Notes under the pieces: model-generated | Databases searched by the model: none | The model's input: the letters and a program-made list of their open reading frames with translations, nothing else | Told to the model about the DNA's origin: nothing | Position numbers and translations under genes: made by a program | Part shown: positions 18,227 through 30,047 of the stretch, piece after piece | Layout of the letters: the number at the start of each line of letters is the position of its first letter | Position numbering within the stretch: position 1 is the stretch's first letter | Source of the DNA: a candidate division FCPU426 bacterium | GTDB taxonomy: Bacteria; Oederibacteriota; Muellerivitia; Muellerivitales; Muellerivitaceae | Direction: 5' to 3' | Length of the DNA stretch: 64,000 bases | NCBI GenBank assembly: GCA_963847625.1 | Contig: CAWKAR010000050.1 | Location: forward strand, 78,074-142,073

Positions 18227-19723
18227 TTAGAAATGGATGTCCCGTTCGCCGCTTTTGACCCTCTCGTAGGCCTTGAGGAACTGCGGATAAAGGCGGGGAA
18301 GCTTATCCCGGATCTCGCCGATTTCCTTATCTATAAGTTCCTCTCCCCTGGGTTTGAAGTCCTGATCCCCGAAGTCGTCCAGCCATTCCCGGAAGGTCAA
18401 GACCGCGTTCAACTTGCAGAACTCCGCCTCTTTCCCGGTTTCCAACGAGGTTCGTATGCGATTTCCGGTGCGGCCGCAGCGGTAGCCCTGGGTGCAAAAG
18501 GAAGTAATGGTGCCGTTCCCGGCCAGGTCCCGGACGAGGTCTTTCAGGCTCCGGGTATCGCCCAGGAAGAACTGCTGTTTCTCGCCCACCTGCTCGGTCA
18601 CGGAGCGCTGGTAGGCCCCCACGCCGATGTTGGAGGAGGCATCCTCCTGGGTGATACCCAGGTTCAGGGCCTCCCGCCTGACGGCCGCCTTTTCCCGGGC
18701 CGTCACCACCATTCCTGCCGTTGGCATGGAAAGGCGGGTGATGGCCAGGGTCCGCATGAAATCAGAGTCCGAGACGCGCCAGGGGGATTTCTCGGCGAAT
18801 GGCGTGTTCACGGCCGGTTCCAGCCGCGGGAAAGAAACCGTATGGGGGCCCACCCCGAACCTGCGTTCCAACTCCCGGGCGTGGTGAACCAGAGCCAGGA
18901 TCTCGAAGCGCCAGTCGTAGAGGCCGAACAAGGCCCCGATGCTCACGTCCTCGATGCCCGCCTCCAGGGCCCGGTGCATGGTGAAAAGCCTCCAACGGTA
19001 ATGGGACTTGACCGTGTTCTTGGGGTGGATCTTCCGGTAGGTGCCCCGGTGGTAGGTTTCCTGGAAGACCTGGTAGGTGGCGATATCCGCCCCGTGCAGG
19101 CACTTCAGTTCCTCAATGGGCATGGGCGCCGCGTTGATGCTGACCCGGCGGATGCGGCCCGAGCCGGGCTCCGGGCCCGCGTCCACTTCGTACACGGTCT
19201 TGATGCAATCCAAGATGTAATCGATGCCGGTCTCGGGGTGCTCGCCGAAAACCAGGATCAGGCGCTTGTGGCCGATCCTGCCCGCCAGGATCTCCACCTC
19301 CCGGCGGATTTCCTCCCGCGTCAGGACAGAGCGGTGGATGGCGGGGTTACCGCTTCGGAATCCGCAATAAAGGCAGTTGTTCACGCAAAGGTTGCCGGCG
19401 TAAAGGGGGGCGAAGGTGACGATACGGTTGTCGTAAACCTTCTTTTTCACCGCGAGGGCCGCGGCCTTCATCGTCTCCAGCGAACCCGGGTCCGTGACCC
19501 TCAGGAGCTCGGCGGTTTCGGAGGGGTCCAGGGTCTGGATGGAAAGGGATTTGGAAAGGATTTCCCGCACCCGCGCGGGACCGGGGGGAGGGGCGGGACA
19601 AAGTAATCGTTCGATATCGGCGTCTGGGATGAAATCCCGGTCGCCATCCATGTACTTCGTGATTTCCTCTTCCCGTACCCGGTTTTTCGACCACTGGTCG
19701 ATATCAACCGTGGAAATGGACAT
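18227..19723 (-). CDS. hydG: Radical SAM [FeFe]-hydrogenase maturase HydG-type tyrosine lyase
   Basis: FAPLY..NLCVNNCLYCGF, FQETYH and PHTVSFPR motifs; C-terminal Cx5Cx19C extension that ThiH lacks. Confidence 0.85.
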   Translation of the reverse strand: MSISTVDIDQWSKNRVREEEITKYMDGDRDFIPDADIERLLCPAPPPGPARVREILSKSLSIQTLDPSETAELLRVTDPGSLETMKAAALAVKKKVYDNRIVTFAPLYAGNLCVNNCLYCGFRSGNPAIHRSVLTREEIRREVEILAGRIGHKRLILVFGEHPETGIDYILDCIKTVYEVDAGPEPGSGRIRRVSINAAPMPIEELKCLHGADIATYQVFQETYHRGTYRKIHPKNTVKSHYRWRLFTMHRALEAGIEDVSIGALFGLYDWRFEILALVHHARELERRFGVGPHTVSFPRLEPAVNTPFAEKSPWRVSDSDFMRTLAITRLSMPTAGMVVTAREKAAVRREALNLGITQEDASSNIGVGAYQRSVTEQVGEKQQFFLGDTRSLKDLVRDLAGNGTITSFCTQGYRCGRTGNRIRTSLETGKEAEFCKLNAVLTFREWLDDFGDQDFKPRGEELIDKEIGEIRDKLPRLYPQFLKAYERVKSGERDIHF

Positions 19724-19893
19724 GATGAATGGACTCCTCTGAAAACAAAAGGTCTTCCCCCAAGCGAGTGGGTATAAGAGGGGAAGACTTTTGAATGCAT
19801 TGTGTCACAAGAGTTTTAGCTTGTGAAGGGTATTGAAGGCATGGCAGCGAAAGGCCGTTCCATAAACCGAAACAAGAAAGCTGTGTTCTTTCC

Positions 19894-20391
19894 TCAAAGG
19901 CTTAATTCCATCCTGTAATCATCCATAACATAACCCTCTCCGATGTCCGTCATAACGGGGCCGGTGACGATGAAACCCAACTTCTTGTAGATTCCCACGC
20001 TCGGGTTGCGCTTATGGACGGTCAGAGTGATTTTAGGAAGATTTTTATTGCGGGCCAAGTCCAGGATGAATCCCATGGCTTCCCGGCCATAACCCTTTCC
20101 CCGGAATTCCAAGGAAATGTAGAACTTGCTCAAGAATAATTCATCTTCCCTGGGAAGGACGGACAGGTAACCGATAAGCCGGCCCTGCTCCTCCATCAAC
20201 AAATGATAAAGGTAACCTTCCTGGAGTTGTTCCAGGATTGACTCTCGGGACTGGAATTTATCCACCATGTATCGGATCTGGTTTCCGCCGATAATGGGAG
20301 TGTAATGCTCCGTCCAGATTTTTTTCGCGAGGGATTCGATCAGACGAATCGAAGGTCCGTCGATCGGGGTAATGGGTTTGTGTTGAATCAT
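19894..20391 (-). CDS. GNAT acetyltransferase
   Basis: IWTEHYTPIIG, LSKFY, RGKGYG and YVMDDY motifs. Confidence 0.88.
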   Translation of the reverse strand: MIQHKPITPIDGPSIRLIESLAKKIWTEHYTPIIGGNQIRYMVDKFQSRESILEQLQEGYLYHLLMEEQGRLIGYLSVLPREDELFLSKFYISLEFRGKGYGREAMGFILDLARNKNLPKITLTVHKRNPSVGIYKKLGFIVTGPVMTDIGEGYVMDDYRMELSL

Positions 20392-20741
20392 GCTTCCATC
20401 CGGAATCCTAATTTGGGCGGATATTGTATGCCCTTGGGACGGTCTTCCCGCCCCTGGAAGGGTAAAAGGGTGTTTTTAATATTTTTCATGGGTTCCAGAT
20501 AAGTCAAAAAACATCCTTTTTCAGCAAAAAAACTGACATTTTTAGCCCTTTTTTTTGGTTGTGGAATGATTTTGAAATAAAAAACATGTTTGATTAACAA
20601 ATTTTTATAGGGCATTTGTGCCGGATTCTTCAACCATAAACGGTTTAAAAATTGTTTTATTGCTTGATTTAACGTTAATGGGGTTGTGTTGGCGTTTATC
20701 TGGTTGGTTTTTAGATGATTTTTGATTGTGGACCTAAAATT

Positions 20742-20756
20742 TGGAATAGTTTATGC
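20742..20756 (+). promoter_or_regulatory. Possible sigma-54 promoter
   Basis: TGGAATAGTTTATGC has GG-N10-GC spacing but is a weaker consensus match; long AT-rich region upstream. Confidence 0.35.
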
Positions 20757-20822
20757 GATATATCCTTAAATAAAGCGGTTTAACCTTAGTTGTAATTTTG
20801 TATTGGACGAAAGACGATAACG

Positions 20823-23800
20823 ATGGCTAACCAAATGTTTAAAAAAGAGTTCTTTTCATTTTCACGGTCCTTTTCCCGGGCGCTCGAGATTTCTTTGGCG
20901 CTTCTGGGTCTTTTACTGTTATGGGAATTTCCTTCGCAGTCCTGGGCCCAATGCACGCCGAGTTCCGCCAAGATTTGCGTTTCCAGCGACGACTGGTCGC
21001 AGGTCTATGTCGGCGGCGTTTACCTGGGGCAAGTGGCTTATTGCAACTGGGATGGTAGCGGCAGTTGTCCCCCGGGTTGTCTTACTGTTGCCACATCCCT
21101 TTTGACAGGGTCCGAGGTTTACATCAGCGTTTACACCCAAAACACCGCCTGCAACAACCTTTACGCTTCCTGGGATCTGGACATCACCTGTTCCAACGGC
21201 CAGCATTCCGAGATCACCAGCGGAAGCGGCGGCGTCCATATGGATTACATCAGCTCGGGGAACCCCACCACTCCCCCCGCCACCAACTGGTACGCGACCG
21301 ACTACAGCACCAGCGGCTGGGGCAGCCCGACCCAGGTCAGTGCCACTTCGGCGGATTGCTGTTGGGGCCAGGGCATCTGGAACCCCGTGAGCGGCGCAAG
21401 AGTTCCTTATTTATCGACGGACGCCAATGGGGATTACAGCACCAGCAACTGCAACGGGGCCCTGTTTTTCTCCCAAGGCGTCGCGATCCCGGCGTCAGGA
21501 ACGACCCTGGGCCCTCCGGCATTCACGGTCGGAAAAGCCATCTGCAGCGCGGCGAGCACCCAGTCCGGAAGCAACAACATCTCAATCGGGTTCTGCCTGA
21601 CCGTTTGCAACACAGGGGGTCCTGCCACGACCTCAGTCACCCTGGTAGACACGATCAGCCAGGGCTATTGGCAATCCACGTCGCTTCTGAGCGGCGGGGC
21701 TTCGGTGCAAAACGGGAATTACATCGCCACCGAGCCCTATGTCAACGGCGTTGGGGGGAACCAGATTTCCGTCATCTGGGGGGAGGGGTTTGCGGGAAAC
21801 TCCTGCGTCACCTTTACGGAAGACGCTTATGACAACAACGGGTTGGTCAACAACCAATGCACGACGGCCACCAACAACTTTACCATGGGGGGGAAGACCT
21901 CCAACACGGTGACCTTCAACATCCCTTGCTACACCAATACTTTCACACCCACCCATACCTTTACCTATACCCCAACACCCACCTATACGCTTACTCACAC
22001 CTATACCCCGACGGTCGCCATGACTCCCACCTTCACCCACACCAACACTTTCACCAATACCTTTACGGCCACCTTTACACATACTTTCACCTACACTCCG
22101 ACGATCGCCGTCACGCCAACCTTCACCCATACCAACACTTATACCTATACCTATACTCCCACTCCCACTAACACCAATACCTATACTCCGACCCCAGCCG
22201 TCACGCCCACCTTTACCCATACCAACACATACACCTATACCTATACTTACACCCCCACGCTCACTCCAACTCCCACGAGGAGCCCGACCCCGACCAACAC
22301 TCCCACAGTGTCGCCAACCCCGACCCCGACGAATACACCCACGAACACCCCGACCCGGACTCCCACCCCCACTCCCACAGTGTCGCCAACCCCGACCCCG
22401 ACGAATACATCCACGAACACCCCGACCCGGACCCCTACCCCCACTCCCACAGTGTCGCCAACCCCGACCCCGACGAATACACCCACGAACACCCCGACCC
22501 GGACTCCCACCCCCACGCCCACAGTGTCGCCAACCCCGACCCCGACGAATACACCGACGAACACCCCCACGCACACACTTACGCCGACCCCGACGGTAAG
22601 CCCCACACCTACGCCGACGAATACGCCGACGAACACCCCGACCCGGACTCCCACCCCCACGCCCACAGTGTCGCCAACCCCGACCCCGACGAATACGCCC
22701 ACGAACACCCCGACCCGGACCCCCACCCCCACTCCCACAGTGTCGCCAACCCCAACCCCGACCAATACGCCGACGAACACCCCCACGCACACACCTACGC
22801 CGACCCCGACGGTAAGCCCCACACCTACGCCGACGAATACGCCCACGAACACCCCGACCCGGACCCCCACCCCCACGCCCACAGTGTCGCCAACCCCGAC
22901 CCCAACGAATACACCGACGAACACCCCGACCCGGACCCTGACACCGACCCCGACCACAACGCCCACGTTTACGCCGACCAATACCCCCACCCTGACGCCC
23001 ACTAACACACTGACTTCTACTCCAACCCGCACGCCTACCTTCACGCCCACGAACACGCTGACCAACACACCGACTCCTACGCCCACGCCGACCCCGACGG
23101 TAAGCCCCACACCTACGCCGACGAATACCCCCACGAACACCTCGACCCGGACCCCGACACCGACCCCGACCACAACGCCCACGTTTACGCCGACGAACAC
23201 GCCGACAAGGACGCCCACGCCAACCCCGACCTATACGCCTACCATCACCCCTTCGCCAACCCCAACGAACACGCCGACGAACAGCCCCACCCCTACCCAC
23301 ACGCCGACCGGGACTCAGTCACCCACTCCCACGTCGACTAACACGTTCACTCCCACTCGGACCCCGACACCCACGAATACGCCAACGATTACGCCTACGT
23401 TCACACCGACGAATACCCCGACTTCCACCCCGACCCGGACCCTGACCCCGACCGTGACGATAACGCCATCGCTTACGCCGACAAATACCCCGACTTCCAC
23501 TCCCACCCGGACCCCGACGCTGACCGTGACGATCACACCTTCGTTCACGCCGACGAATACCCCCACCTCCACGCCCACGAACACCCCCACGCCAACGGTG
23601 ACGATCACACCTTCATTCACGCCGACGAATACCCCCACCTCCACCCCGACGCGGACCCCGACGCCAACCTTGACGATCACACCTTCGTTCACGCCGACGA
23701 ATACCCAGACTCCCACGCCCACGAACACCCCCACGCCGACCGTGACGATAACGCCATCGCTTACGCCGACGAATACACCCACGAATACGCCGACCCGGAC

Positions 23801-26189
23801 CCCGACGCCGACCGTGACAATAACGCCCTCGTATACGCCGACGAACACCCCGACAAAGACATCAACACCTACCCCTACCAATTCGCCTACCATCACCCCT
23901 TCGCCAACCCCGACGAACACGCCGACGAACAGCCCCACGGCGACCCTTACATCAACCGGGACTCAGTCACCCACTCCCACGTCGACCAACACGCTCACTC
24001 CCACTCGGACCCCGACACCCACGAATACGCCAACAATCACGCCTTCGTTTACGCTGACAAATACGCTAACGAATACGTCAACTCCGACTCCGACTAACAC
24101 GGCTACTTTGACACCAACTTTGACTCAAACCGATACGTCGACCCGCACTCCGACGCCAACTTTTACGAATACCCCTACCATGACGCTGACAACGACTCCA
24201 ACCAGCACCTCAACCGACACTCCCACCTCGACTGACACCCCCAAATTCACGCTAACATTCACCTTCACCCCGACGATTACCAATACGCCGACGAATACAT
24301 CGACGGAAACCGCAACCCTCACCCCGACAAACACGCCGATCGATACCTTCACGCCGACGCCGAGCAACACAGCGACGAATACCAACACTCCCACCCCGAC
24401 TCCGACCAACACGTTCACCTCGACGCCCACCCCGACTCCAACCAGCACTTCCACCGCCACACCCACTTCGACCAACACCCCTCCCTTCACGTATACGTTC
24501 ACCCCAACCCCGACGAACACGCCGACGCCTACGAACACGCCGACGCCTACGAATACTTCTACCAATACCTACACGTCGACCCCAACCGCCACGTTCACCG
24601 ACACCTCCACACCGACCAATACCAGCACCCCCACGAATACGCCCACCGTCACTTCGACTTCCACGCTGACAAACACTCCCACCAACACCTACACGCCGAC
24701 TTCCACATCCACAGCCACGAACACCTACACGGCGACCAACACGAGGACTAACACCAATACGCCGACTTCGACCAACACCCTCACCAATACCTACACCTCG
24801 ACACCCACCCGGACGCCCAGCAACACGCCGACTTCGACCAATACCCCGACCTCCACGTCCACATTCACTCCCACCAACACAATGACGCCGACTTTCACGA
24901 ACACGGCGACGCCGACTCCCACCCCCGCGGCGGTGGTGACGCTGCAAAAGCAGGAATCGGAGTCGACTGGCACGTCAGGGGACCAGGTGACCTACACGCT
25001 GATGCTAAACGTGAGTAATAACACTGCGACTGGGCTGGTGGTGCAGGATGCCCTCCCTGCCAACTGCAGTTTCGTGACGTTCGGGGCCTCCCCGGCCAAC
25101 ACGTCAGCCTCGCTGAATGTGACAGGAGGCGTGACAGTGATGAACTGGGCTCTGCCCACCCTGGCACCAGGGAACTACCTTCTGACCTACATAGTTTCGA
25201 TCAACAACTTCACGCAGGCGGGGCCGATCACGAACTGCGCGGTGTGGACGTACCCGGGGACCGCACCCCAGACGGCCTGCGCGATACTGCAGGTGACGGG
25301 GAACTACACGGTGAAAGTGGGGGTGTACAACGAGGCGGGGGAACTGGTGAAGGAACTGCTGGTGACGCAGTATTCCCAGCCTTTGGTGGACCTGCTATTG
25401 CAGAACGGGAACCTGATCAGCGGGTTGAACGACCCGGTATCGATCTACGACCTGAACCATGAGATCGGGGCCTGGAACGGGACGGACCAGAACGGGAACC
25501 CGGTGCCCAACGGGGATTACTACGTGAAAGTGGACAATATCGACTCGTTCGGGGTGGACAAGAGCGTGGTGTTGAACGTGGTGGTGAGCCGTTCGCTGGA
25601 GAAAGTGACGATCGACATCTACAACGAGGCAGGGGAGATCGTGCAGACGCTGTACAGCGTGGTGGAGGACCCGCAGGGGACGGTGATCACGGGGGTGAAG
25701 CTGTCAAGTACGGTATTGGAGCCCGGGTCGCCGACGGACGGGACGCTGGTGATCGCGACGAACAACGGGGTGACGACGGTATGGGACGGGCACGGGTCGG
25801 GGGGGACGGTGGTGCCCAACGGGAAATACTTCATCGAGGTGCACTCCACGGACGGGAAGGGCGGGGAGACGGTGATCATTACGTCGGTGGTGGTGGTGAA
25901 CGGGGTGAAACAGGCGGCGCCGAGGGTGTGGGCATATCCGAACCCGGTGACGGGCGGAACGAGGCTGGTGACATTCCAGGGATCGGCGGCAGGGGTGAAG
26001 CTGACGGTAAAGATCTACGACGTGGCGGGCAAGCTGGTGACTGAACTCAATGGAGCGGGCGGGACGAGCCAGGCGACCTGGAACGCGGCGGGGATCGCCA
26101 GTGGCTTATACATCGCCAAGACCGAGCAGAGGGACGCCAACGGGTACCTGGTCGCCAGGCAGACCCTCAAGATCCTAGTGGAGCAGTGA
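20823..26189 (+). CDS. 1788-aa secreted protein: Cys-rich N-domain, ~1000-aa Thr-X stalk, DUF11-like domain, two FlgD-Ig-like repeats, T9SS-like CTD
   Basis: Signal peptide ending WAQ; stalk ~21930-24925; two YNEAGE...W(N/D)G...VPNGxY repeats; final AYPNP...IYDVAGKLV...ASGLY. Confidence 0.85.
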   Translation: MANQMFKKEFFSFSRSFSRALEISLALLGLLLLWEFPSQSWAQCTPSSAKICVSSDDWSQVYVGGVYLGQVAYCNWDGSGSCPPGCLTVATSLLTGSEVYISVYTQNTACNNLYASWDLDITCSNGQHSEITSGSGGVHMDYISSGNPTTPPATNWYATDYSTSGWGSPTQVSATSADCCWGQGIWNPVSGARVPYLSTDANGDYSTSNCNGALFFSQGVAIPASGTTLGPPAFTVGKAICSAASTQSGSNNISIGFCLTVCNTGGPATTSVTLVDTISQGYWQSTSLLSGGASVQNGNYIATEPYVNGVGGNQISVIWGEGFAGNSCVTFTEDAYDNNGLVNNQCTTATNNFTMGGKTSNTVTFNIPCYTNTFTPTHTFTYTPTPTYTLTHTYTPTVAMTPTFTHTNTFTNTFTATFTHTFTYTPTIAVTPTFTHTNTYTYTYTPTPTNTNTYTPTPAVTPTFTHTNTYTYTYTYTPTLTPTPTRSPTPTNTPTVSPTPTPTNTPTNTPTRTPTPTPTVSPTPTPTNTSTNTPTRTPTPTPTVSPTPTPTNTPTNTPTRTPTPTPTVSPTPTPTNTPTNTPTHTLTPTPTVSPTPTPTNTPTNTPTRTPTPTPTVSPTPTPTNTPTNTPTRTPTPTPTVSPTPTPTNTPTNTPTHTPTPTPTVSPTPTPTNTPTNTPTRTPTPTPTVSPTPTPTNTPTNTPTRTLTPTPTTTPTFTPTNTPTLTPTNTLTSTPTRTPTFTPTNTLTNTPTPTPTPTPTVSPTPTPTNTPTNTSTRTPTPTPTTTPTFTPTNTPTRTPTPTPTYTPTITPSPTPTNTPTNSPTPTHTPTGTQSPTPTSTNTFTPTRTPTPTNTPTITPTFTPTNTPTSTPTRTLTPTVTITPSLTPTNTPTSTPTRTPTLTVTITPSFTPTNTPTSTPTNTPTPTVTITPSFTPTNTPTSTPTRTPTPTLTITPSFTPTNTQTPTPTNTPTPTVTITPSLTPTNTPTNTPTRTPTPTVTITPSYTPTNTPTKTSTPTPTNSPTITPSPTPTNTPTNSPTATLTSTGTQSPTPTSTNTLTPTRTPTPTNTPTITPSFTLTNTLTNTSTPTPTNTATLTPTLTQTDTSTRTPTPTFTNTPTMTLTTTPTSTSTDTPTSTDTPKFTLTFTFTPTITNTPTNTSTETATLTPTNTPIDTFTPTPSNTATNTNTPTPTPTNTFTSTPTPTPTSTSTATPTSTNTPPFTYTFTPTPTNTPTPTNTPTPTNTSTNTYTSTPTATFTDTSTPTNTSTPTNTPTVTSTSTLTNTPTNTYTPTSTSTATNTYTATNTRTNTNTPTSTNTLTNTYTSTPTRTPSNTPTSTNTPTSTSTFTPTNTMTPTFTNTATPTPTPAAVVTLQKQESESTGTSGDQVTYTLMLNVSNNTATGLVVQDALPANCSFVTFGASPANTSASLNVTGGVTVMNWALPTLAPGNYLLTYIVSINNFTQAGPITNCAVWTYPGTAPQTACAILQVTGNYTVKVGVYNEAGELVKELLVTQYSQPLVDLLLQNGNLISGLNDPVSIYDLNHEIGAWNGTDQNGNPVPNGDYYVKVDNIDSFGVDKSVVLNVVVSRSLEKVTIDIYNEAGEIVQTLYSVVEDPQGTVITGVKLSSTVLEPGSPTDGTLVIATNNGVTTVWDGHGSGGTVVPNGKYFIEVHSTDGKGGETVIITSVVVVNGVKQAAPRVWAYPNPVTGGTRLVTFQGSAAGVKLTVKIYDVAGKLVTELNGAGGTSQATWNAAGIASGLYIAKTEQRDANGYLVARQTLKILVEQ
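22290..22950 (+). repeat. 72-bp (24-aa) coding tandem repeats in the stalk
   Basis: [24 protein letters not shown] recurs about nine times. Confidence 0.9.
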
Positions 26190-26280
26190 GAGCAGACGAG
26201 CTCGTTCAATACAGCTTCGTTTATCCGATTGAACCCTATAAAGGAATAAACATCAAAATCGTTTCACGGTGGCTTGTATC

Positions 26281-27582
26281 ATGAATAAAAAAGACCGGTT
26301 TTACGGAATCCTGGCCTTGGCGGCATCCGGCCTTCTTCTTTACGGAGGCTGCAGCCGGAACCTCCCCACGGCAGGCCCAACCTCCACCCCGCCTCCCGTA
26401 ATTACCAGCAAAGCCACAAACTGCACGGTCTCCCAGGCGAACAACTGCCTGTCCTCCAACCTTTACAATTTTTACCAGTCCCAGTCCGGCAACATCTTTT
26501 TCTCACCCTTCAGCATCATCACGGCCCTGGCCATGGCCCAGGAAGGGGCGGTAGGCAACACCGCCACCCAGATGCAGAACGTGTTGAACTTAAGCAGCAA
26601 CGCCGCCGTCCGGCAACAGGGTTTCCAGCAGTTGATCAGCGAGATCAACGCCCCGGGCAAGCATTACACCCTCGACACGGCCGATAACCTCTGGATCCAG
26701 CAGGGATTTCCCATCCTGGCTTCCTATATCAATACCTGCCAAACCTATTACGACGCGGGGGTTACTAACGTGGATTTCGCGGGGAATCCCTCGTCGGCCC
26801 TGCAGACGATCAACGGCGCCGTTTCGCAGGAGACGAAAGGGTACATCCCGGACCTATTAGGCGCCATTAGCCCGGATACAAGACTTGTCCTGACCAACGC
26901 GATCTATTTCAAGGGCACTTGGCTAAACCAGTTTCCGGTGCCGGGAACCCTGCCGCAAACCTTCTATCTCACCTCGACGGCCACCGAATCCGTCAACATG
27001 ATGCACGAGACCTTGTACGCCAACGTCGGGAGTTACAACGGGGCCGCCAGCGTGCTCGCCATCCCCTACCAGAACAACGAGGCTTCCATGTACGTTTTCC
27101 TCCCCCCGCAAGGGGGGATGGCGGCCCTGGAGGGGGCTTTGAGCGGGGACAACCTCAACTCCTGGCTGGCGGCCAACTCGGCGGCCATGACCGGCACCAC
27201 GAACCAAAAAGTGGACTTGGCCCTACCCAAGTTCTCCTTCAAAACCAGTTATGACTTGACCGCCACCTTGTCGCAATTGGGGATGCCCTTGGCCTTCGCG
27301 CGCCCCGGTGGCGGAGCCGGGGCCGATTTCTCGGGGATCGACGGGAATAAGGATTTGTATATTACGGACGTCGTCCACAAAGCCTATGTCGACGTGGATG
27401 AAACCGGCACGATCGCCGTCGCGGCGACCGGGGTAGGGATTGGAGTAACATCGGTGGTGGTCTATCAACCGCCGCCCATACCCTTCATCGTCGACCATCC
27501 CTTCATTTTCATGCTCATCGAGAACACCACGAACACGATCCTGTTCATGGGAAGGGTGAACGACCCGCTTTCCGCGAATTGA
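26281..27582 (+). CDS. Serpin family lipoprotein
   Basis: Lipobox LYGGC; NIFFSPFSI, NAIYFKGTW, hinge VDETGT and DHPFIF..FMGRV motifs. Confidence 0.95.
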   Translation: MNKKDRFYGILALAASGLLLYGGCSRNLPTAGPTSTPPPVITSKATNCTVSQANNCLSSNLYNFYQSQSGNIFFSPFSIITALAMAQEGAVGNTATQMQNVLNLSSNAAVRQQGFQQLISEINAPGKHYTLDTADNLWIQQGFPILASYINTCQTYYDAGVTNVDFAGNPSSALQTINGAVSQETKGYIPDLLGAISPDTRLVLTNAIYFKGTWLNQFPVPGTLPQTFYLTSTATESVNMMHETLYANVGSYNGAASVLAIPYQNNEASMYVFLPPQGGMAALEGALSGDNLNSWLAANSAAMTGTTNQKVDLALPKFSFKTSYDLTATLSQLGMPLAFARPGGGAGADFSGIDGNKDLYITDVVHKAYVDVDETGTIAVAATGVGIGVTSVVVYQPPPIPFIVDHPFIFMLIENTTNTILFMGRVNDPLSAN

Positions 27583-27635
27583 CAGGCTTGGGAATTTTTT
27601 TCCCGGATGGATTCACCGCTGGGTAAAGTTCAGAG

Positions 27636-27983
27636 TTATTTCCGGATTGCGTGCATTTTCAATTCGGCCATTTTTACGGCGAAGGGTTCCCGGCCAATTT
27701 CCCGGATTTGACGGATACAAGCCGCCCGGTCGGAACGCGTGATGAGCCCGATCATCCGGGAAATGAAACTGTTGAATTTCTTGCAAAGCATCGGATCGGT
27801 GAACTCCCCGCACTCGGCGCAGGTGGAGATGCCCTTCTCCCCGCAGCATGCCCTCACTTTGCACCAGGAACGGCTCTCGGATTTTCCGCAACCCTGGCAT
27901 TTTTCCCTCAAGTAGGCCCCGCAGGCACCGCAGTAAAGCCCGCAACAAGCCACTAGCTCGGAACTCGCCGTCACTTTCCGCAT
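27636..27983 (-). CDS. Cys-rich DUF3795-like protein
   Basis: ACCGLYCGAC, CQGC, CKVRAC and CAEC motifs. Confidence 0.8.
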   Translation of the reverse strand: MRKVTASSELVACCGLYCGACGAYLREKCQGCGKSESRSWCKVRACCGEKGISTCAECGEFTDPMLCKKFNSFISRMIGLITRSDRAACIRQIREIGREPFAVKMAELKMHAIRK

Positions 27984-28178
27984 TGAGTCGCGCCTTTCAG
28001 GGGTTATACCCGTTTCACCCATAGGTCCAAGGATTCATCTTGGTTCGCCCTCGCCCTAGACGCATCTATTTTCTTGACCTGTTCAATGATAGGCGCTCAG
28101 GGCTGGAAAGGCCAAAGTAAAACACTTCAAAATCCAACGAACAGTTTGTGATCCGTTAAAACGTTCTTAGCTGGAAAT

Positions 28179-28212
28179 AAAAAAAGCCCCCAAACCTTGC
28201 GGTCCAGGGGCT
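28179..28212 (-). terminator. Rho-independent terminator, preceded by a second hairpin at 28216-28239
   Basis: Minus strand reads AGCCCCTGGACC-GCAA-GGTTTGGGGGCTTTTTTT. Confidence 0.85.
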
Positions 28213-28256
28213 GATAGGCCGCCGTTATTGGGGCGGCCTGGTTTTAGAAAGAGAGG

Positions 28257-28472
28257 TTACTTCGCGGCAGGTGTGGCTGGAGCCGCTGCTGGCTTTGCGG
28301 CTTCCTTTTTCGCTTTCTTAACGGCTTTCTTGATTTTCTTGACGTGTGTCTTGTGCATCTTTAACGTCTTTACCGCCGGGGCGGGTGTAGAAGCAGCGGG
28401 TGTGTCGGCCAGAACCAATCCGGTGCTTCCCAAGAACAACACGGTCATCAAAGTCAGAACGATCTTTTTCAT
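28257..28472 (-). CDS. Small secreted Lys/Ala/Pro-rich basic protein
   Basis: GGAGG Shine-Dalgarno, signal peptide and strong terminator. Confidence 0.75.
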   Translation of the reverse strand: MKKIVLTLMTVLFLGSTGLVLADTPAASTPAPAVKTLKMHKTHVKKIKKAVKKAKKEAAKPAAAPATPAAK

Positions 28473-28745
28473 CTAAGTCCTCCAGAACCTTTCGGTTTAT
28501 TTTTGGGTTGAATTACTTCCCGTCATATAAGACGAGGGGGTGGGATAAAAAGTTTCAGCCGAAACAAGGGGTTTTTGGGGTTTTCTTTGTTTGGTTGAAA
28601 ACGGAGGCTGTGGGAAGCTGTTAAAATCGAAAAACGGATGAGGACTTATTTTCAATGCACTCATGAAATACCGTAAATAAAATAAGATCACAGACCCATT
28701 TTGTGTTTACTTATAATGGAAATAAATCCATTCAAAGAGTCCCTC

Positions 28746-30047
28746 GTGCCTGAAGAAAACATCCAGCGCAAACTTACCGCCATCATGTTCACGGATATCG
28801 TGGGCTACAGCAAAATGATGGGGGAGGACGAGGCCGGCTCCCTCGCCTTCCTGAGATTCCATAACAGCCTTCTCCAGGGGGAAATCGAAAGAAATGGCGG
28901 CCGGGTCATCAAGACCGTGGGGGACGCCTTCCTGGCCGACTTCGGAAGCGCGGTCAACGCCGTGCGCTGCGCGGTTTCCATCCAAAAACAACTCCACGAA
29001 TACAACCTGGATTTCACCCGCTCCAGCGGCAAGAACCGGCAGGTGCGCATCGGCATCCACATCGGCGATGTGGTCATGAGGGACAACGACATCTTCGGGG
29101 ACGGGGTCAACATCGCGGCGCGCCTCCAACCCATCGCCGAGCCCGGCGGCATATGCATTTCCCAGGATGTCTATAACCACATCAAAAACCAGGTGGAATT
29201 CCACGCGGTTGCCTTGGGGCCCCACGAACTCAAGAACATCTCCCAAAAGATCGAGATTTATAAAATCGTCATGGAGGTCATGGGGGGTTCGCGTTTCGTC
29301 GCGCCGCCCGCCCCGGTGGAAGAAAAAATCCCAGCGGCCCGGAACGTGCCCGTCGCGTGGATTTTGGTCGGGATACTCCTGGGAGCCCTGGCGGCCGTCG
29401 CCTGGTTTTCCTTCCGGCCGGGGCAAGCCGTTCCTCAGGCAAGAGCCGGGATCCATCCCTTCTATGTGCCCAACCAACCCGGCGGCCGTTACGACCCCGG
29501 AGGAAGCCCTGGTAACCAGATTGATCGAGCCGCGAACGGCACACTCACCTTTCATTACGACACGGGCACGGCAGGAAGCGGAGTCACGATCTATCCCAAC
29601 CGGGGCCCTTTTGTCGGGGATAAATATGTGGACGCCGGGACTTGCGACATGGTGAGGTTCCTCGTTTGGGCGCCTTCGGGGCTTCAGTTCCAGTTTTCTG
29701 TTAACGAAGCGGGCGTGGGAGCCCCCGGCTCACCCTCCTACCCGGGGGTGAACGGTTCCGATGGGGAGCAATACAGGAGCCCCACCCAGTCCGGAACCGG
29801 AGGTTGGCGGATGTATGATCTCAAACTGTCTGATTTCTCGCCCAGCACCGTTTGGGGAAACCAATCCGGAAACAAGGTGTTGGATTTGAAGGGCATCGAA
29901 TCCGTGGAGATGGATTTGATAGGGAACCAGGGGACAGGGGATATCCGGATCAGGAATATCCTGTTTTCCTTGTACTCCAAAAGGGGCGAGGTCCACCCGG
30001 TGTCGCGAGGGGAGGGACAACGGTATATTCCGGCCAGAAGCCGGTAA
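28746..30047 (+). CDS. Class III adenylate cyclase with one TM and an extracytoplasmic CBM11-like domain
   Basis: MFTDIVGYS, KTVGDAF and DIFGDGVNIAARL motifs; TM segment; beta-sandwich tail GWRMYDLKLSDF...LDL. Start uncertain. Confidence 0.85.
   Translation: MPEENIQRKLTAIMFTDIVGYSKMMGEDEAGSLAFLRFHNSLLQGEIERNGGRVIKTVGDAFLADFGSAVNAVRCAVSIQKQLHEYNLDFTRSSGKNRQVRIGIHIGDVVMRDNDIFGDGVNIAARLQPIAEPGGICISQDVYNHIKNQVEFHAVALGPHELKNISQKIEIYKIVMEVMGGSRFVAPPAPVEEKIPAARNVPVAWILVGILLGALAAVAWFSFRPGQAVPQARAGIHPFYVPNQPGGRYDPGGSPGNQIDRAANGTLTFHYDTGTAGSGVTIYPNRGPFVGDKYVDAGTCDMVRFLVWAPSGLQFQFSVNEAGVGAPGSPSYPGVNGSDGEQYRSPTQSGTGGWRMYDLKLSDFSPSTVWGNQSGNKVLDLKGIESVEMDLIGNQGTGDIRIRNILFSLYSKRGEVHPVSRGEGQRYIPARSR

Noticed and set aside
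652..19606. Long GC-rich ORFs antisense to recQ, pirin, the TMTC-like gene and hydG
   Set aside because: They fully overlap well-supported genes and have no recognisable motifs.
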